Part shown: in pieces, positions 59,786 to 64,000 of the stretch
Layout of the letters: each line of letters begins with the position of its first letter
How positions within the stretch are numbered: the first letter of the stretch is position 1
DNA from: the human T2T-CHM13v2.0 reference genome, Homo sapiens
Reading direction: 5' to 3' (one strand)
NCBI RefSeq assembly: GCF_009914755.1
Contig: NC_060937.1
Length of the DNA: 64,000 bases
Translations under genes and position numbers: made by a program
Notes under the pieces: model-generated
Seen by the model: only the letters and a program-made list of their open reading frames with translations
Database searches by the model: none
Told to the model about the DNA's origin: nothing

Positions 59786-62351
59786 GCATCATGGGCAGAT
59801 ACACACCTGGCAGGGGAAGGGAATATCTAGGGGAGCCCAAAGCTGTTCACTTCATGGCTATTCTGGTGAAAGCTTACTTAGTAGGTAGACTAGAAAAGGA
59901 CTTGCTAGACCTAGGGGAGATTAAATGTGGTAGAATCAGAAACCTGCACTTGGTAAACTGGGCAGGTCCCATACCACCTGTGTTCTCTTTGAATGATCTA
60001 GCTTATCTCAGCTTATAGAAGGTAACCATGGCAAGCTAACCCAGCCAGTAGTGGGGAAACATCCCTCTAGGGAGCAACCTGCTCCTGCCGGTGGCTAAGG
60101 TCATGGAGGAAGAGGACTCAGAAATTAGGATCAATCCCATAGGTCAGTTAACCCTCTCTATTGTGAGTTTTAATTTTTTTCCTAAATGCTAACTTTGAAG
60201 GTTTGGATTTTGTTTTAATAAGGCTTCTTCCCTTAGGAGAATAGAGAGGAAAAGATGCTGTTTCTCTAGGAATCCCTGTAAGACAGAAAGAAGGACTTAA
60301 AACTTTTCTGTCTTCAAGGATTTGCACATATACAGGTGCCATCTCTTCTGTCCTGCCTTGCTTCAAGTTCTGCTAATACCACTGCAGGAATCTGGGCAAC
60401 CCATTGTTGAGTGGTTGCTCATTCTTCTAGTGACAGGAAGTCCTTTGTCTCTGAAGACAGAGTCCTTTCTCTGTTGGACACCTCTGAAGTTAAAAGGTGC
60501 TTCTGTCTCATTTCAAATAACTTACTCCCAAAGTTTGAGAACTCAATCCATGTAAGTTCGGGATTGCCTACAACTTGAAAATGCCTACTGCTGTGGTTTA
60601 AAGAATATATGCCAGAAATTAGAAATTGTTGTAATTAAAGGAAAATGCGTCTTAAATAATTGTCTAGCAGAGAGAAATCTACATTTGCTGTGAATAGAGG
60701 CTGTCCTCAGCCTGAGATCTCAGCAAGGCTGGGCTGCCAAGGGAGGAGGCAGAATAGAGTGTTTGTCAGAGCTCTGGCAAGTGGTTAGAAGTGGGGAGAA
60801 CACACAACAACCTCCCCCTCCTGAGCACACAATAACCAACCCCTTTGATCTGGGAACAATTCCAGATCTTAGTCCTAGACCAGCTGGGGCAGGATGAATG
60901 TGGAGAGGAGACATTCTCCTTCCGGAAAGTAAAGGAAAGAGGCATGAATTGCTCTTGAGTGTCTGGCTGTATGTCAACAAGTGGCCTCTCTGTTCCTTGG
61001 TTTCCAGGCGCTGGCCATGTGGTCTGTCCAGGAAGGAGAGTGTAAATGTGATAATATTGCCTGCTACACAAGAAGCATCAGCCCTAGGAAAAAACCCTTC
61101 ATTACAGGAAGGAAGAAAGATCTAGGGAACTCTCCCAGTGTCAAGGAACCTGGGGAGGGAAATTAGCCACAAGAGAGTCACTTGCTGAGCATGGAATCAG
61201 TGCATGTTTTGGTGGAGGATTCTGTTGGCTGCTTGAGGTTTTTTTTTCTCTACTTTATGGTAGCACCACCTACCTAATGACCATCTGGCACAAAGTTTTC
61301 CTTTCTGAAACTGTGCAGCTTAATGCTGACAAATTCTAAGCCGCAACTCTCCTTTTTGTGATATCATTTCTTACAACTTAGAGAAACCTGCGGTTTCAGG
61401 GTCCTTTACTTCCTATGTGTCATAGTTATGATGACAGCTAAATTTACTTTAGTTACATTTCACATTGGCTACTTCTGGACACCCCAAGTCATCAGTCAAT
61501 TTTCTCTGCATCACACTGTAGAATGGCTTGTTTCTGGGGAGGTTCGTGGACATGGCTAATTCCCCTCCTTTTTTTTTTTTTTCCCCAAAACCCCGTTTGC
61601 ACTCCTAAAAGATGGCTAATTGTAGCCATTATTTGCTGCTTCTAGTAATCTCTCTCTCCATTCTGAAAGAACAATTTAGCTTCCCAGCTCGTAGCATATA
61701 ACAATGGCTTGCAGAATTTCTTATTTTGACTGGTGTGTGGGGTGTGTTTATGTATGTGTTTGTTTAGGAGAGAAGAATTATGGCCAGTTTTTTATTCATG
61801 ACATCATCTTTATTTCTCCATACTGATTCTAAAGATTGAAAATGCTTTTAATTTTAATGTTAATTTTTTTGTACATAGTATTTATGTCTTTAATATAACA
61901 TGTGCTTATTTATTACTGTATGCAAGTGACTTAAATATTGAACCTTTCAAAATAAGAAATTTCTTCAATTTTTATCATTAGAGAAAAATATACTCTTTCT
62001 GGGGAATGATTTCTGTAATAGATACGGTTTATTTTAATTGTGGTGATAAACCATGCCTTCAGTAGAGACCTCTGAGAGTAACAATAGCAGCTAATTTATT
62101 TTTAGCTGTTATTTGCAGAGAAGTGTAGTTTATAAGTTATACATGATCTTATTTGATATTCACAGAAGCCTAATGAGGCAGGATGCATTCATTCCTTCAT
62201 TATTTTATTTATTTAACAAATTCCTACTAATTGCTAGTGGTGTGCTGGGCACATCCAGAGGTGCTGTTGACACAGTAGTGAGCAAGGTAGATCTGGTCTT
62301 ATCCTCAGGGACTTTATAGTTTAGTTAGAGCTGGTATAATTAACATTCCTG

Positions 62352-62655
<304 letters not shown>

Positions 62656-63153
62656 TATAATTAACATTCCTATTTATCAGTCCAACCAGAGTTCAGATTG
62701 ATTTGTATCTGTCTGTGATCCAGGGTCTCTGAGACCTCATTTATATTTAGCTGCCTGATCTTGCTGAGGAAAGGCACCCTGTGAAGAGGTCTAACTCCAG
62801 GAAGCTTCCATGGGGCATTTGTGCAGACAGAAACTCGGAAGGTGCTAGACATTGTGTAAAGGCAGCTGGTGAACAATGCCCTTCCAAATGTGAGATTATT
62901 TTTGGGAGGGCCTAAGGGATAAGACTTTATCATTCTGATTTACTTGCTTGAGGATATTGTCCTTCTCTGGGATGGAGACTTTCAAGAACCAGAGTTGGGG
63001 TTTTGTGTCTGTATCATCCCTGGATCTAATTTCATTCTAACTGGCACCTGCACAGAGGTTTTTACTTACTGCACCTTGATGAGGAGAGGTGTGCTCAGTT
63101 TCACTGTCATAAACCAAGTGGTTATTGAAAGAATTGAGAGACTGCTAGGGTCT

Positions 63154-63866
63154 TGATATTGTTTGGCTGTGTCCCCACCTGGATTAGTTTGTTTTCACAC
63201 TGCTGATATAGACATACCTGACACTGGGAAGAAAAAGAGGTTTAATTGGAATTACAGTTACACATGGCTGGGGAGGCCTCAGAATCATGGTAGGAGGTGA
63301 AAGGCACTTCTTACATGGCAGAGGCAAGAGAAAATGAAGATGCAAAAGTAGAAACCCCTGATAAAACCATCAGATCTCGTGAGACTTATTCAGTGCCATG
63401 AGAACAGTATGGGGAAACCACCCCTACGATTAAATTCTCTCCCACTGGGTCCCTCCCACAACATGTGGGAATTATGGGAGTACAATTCAAGATGAGATTT
63501 GGGTGGTGACACGGCTTGGCTATGTCCCCACCCAAATCTCATCTTGACTTGTTGCTCCCACAATTCCCATGTGTTGTGGGAGGGACCCCGTGAGAGGTAA
63601 TTGAATCATAGGGGGCAGGTCTTTCCTGTGCTATTCTCATGATAGTGAATAAATCTCATGTGATCTGATGGTTTTATAAAGGAGAGTTTCCCTGCACAAG
63701 CTCTCTTCTCTTTTCTGCCACCACAGGAGATGTGTCTTTCACCTTCCACCATGATTGTGAGGCCTCCCCAGCAACATGGAACTGTGAGTCCATTAAACCT
63801 TTTTCTTTTGTAAATTGCTCAGTCTCGGGTATGTCTTTATCAGCAGCATAAAAACAGACTAATACA
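63154..63866 (+). mobile_element. THE1B/C-like solo LTR (outer)
   Basis: TGATATTGTTTGGCTG ... GACTAATACA; 5-bp TSD GGTCT at 63149-63153 and 63867-63871. Confidence 0.92.
63180..63515 (-). mobile_element. THE1A-like LTR nested in inverted orientation
   Basis: Antisense THE1 with A-type features (GGTTTTATCAGGGGTTT, short CCTCTTTTTCTTCCCAG); first ~12 bp missing. Confidence 0.9.
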
Positions 63867-64000
63867 GGTCTACTGGGATAGAGGTCAGCCTACCCCCAGG
63901 ACAAGGAAGGATGCAGATGCCTCTCTGAGGAGCTCCCAGTGGTGTTGGCAGTGAAACAGGTGGCTGGCCATGAAGATAAGCACATCTAGATTTTAAAGTG

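Noticed and set aside
60022-60035. Second RFX-like motif GTAACCATGGCAAG
   Set aside because: Several mismatches to consensus and no supporting CpG or motif context.

Overview
Primate (great-ape/human-type) nuclear DNA, probably intergenic or intronic. I find no intact protein-coding gene, RNA gene, CRISPR array or multi-gene system. The window is dominated by interspersed repeats: about 30 Alu/FLAM copies, L1 of several ages, L2/MIR relics, MaLR and ERV1/ERVL solo LTRs, hAT MERs and one young SVA. It also holds one processed ARF4 pseudogene (minus strand, ~26585-28356). Almost all ORFs in the track are Alu, L1, LTR or chance ORFs. The most notable structures are: (1) an SVA whose target-site duplication encloses ~0.9 kb of extra DNA and a second poly(A) tail, i.e. 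an apparent 3' transduction; (2) a THE1A-like LTR inserted inverted into another THE1 with a 17-bp duplication, giving a near spacer-less ~330-bp hairpin; (3) a ~175-bp diverged inverted duplication at 19.1/20.5 kb that I cannot assign to a repeat family; (4) a MER41B LTR with both GAS motifs intact; (5) two L1s apparently inserted serially into one target site; (6) a perfect 70-bp tandem duplication; (7) a chimeric Alu without TSD. Repeat subfamily names come from recalled consensus features, not a database search, and boundaries without a TSD are approximate.
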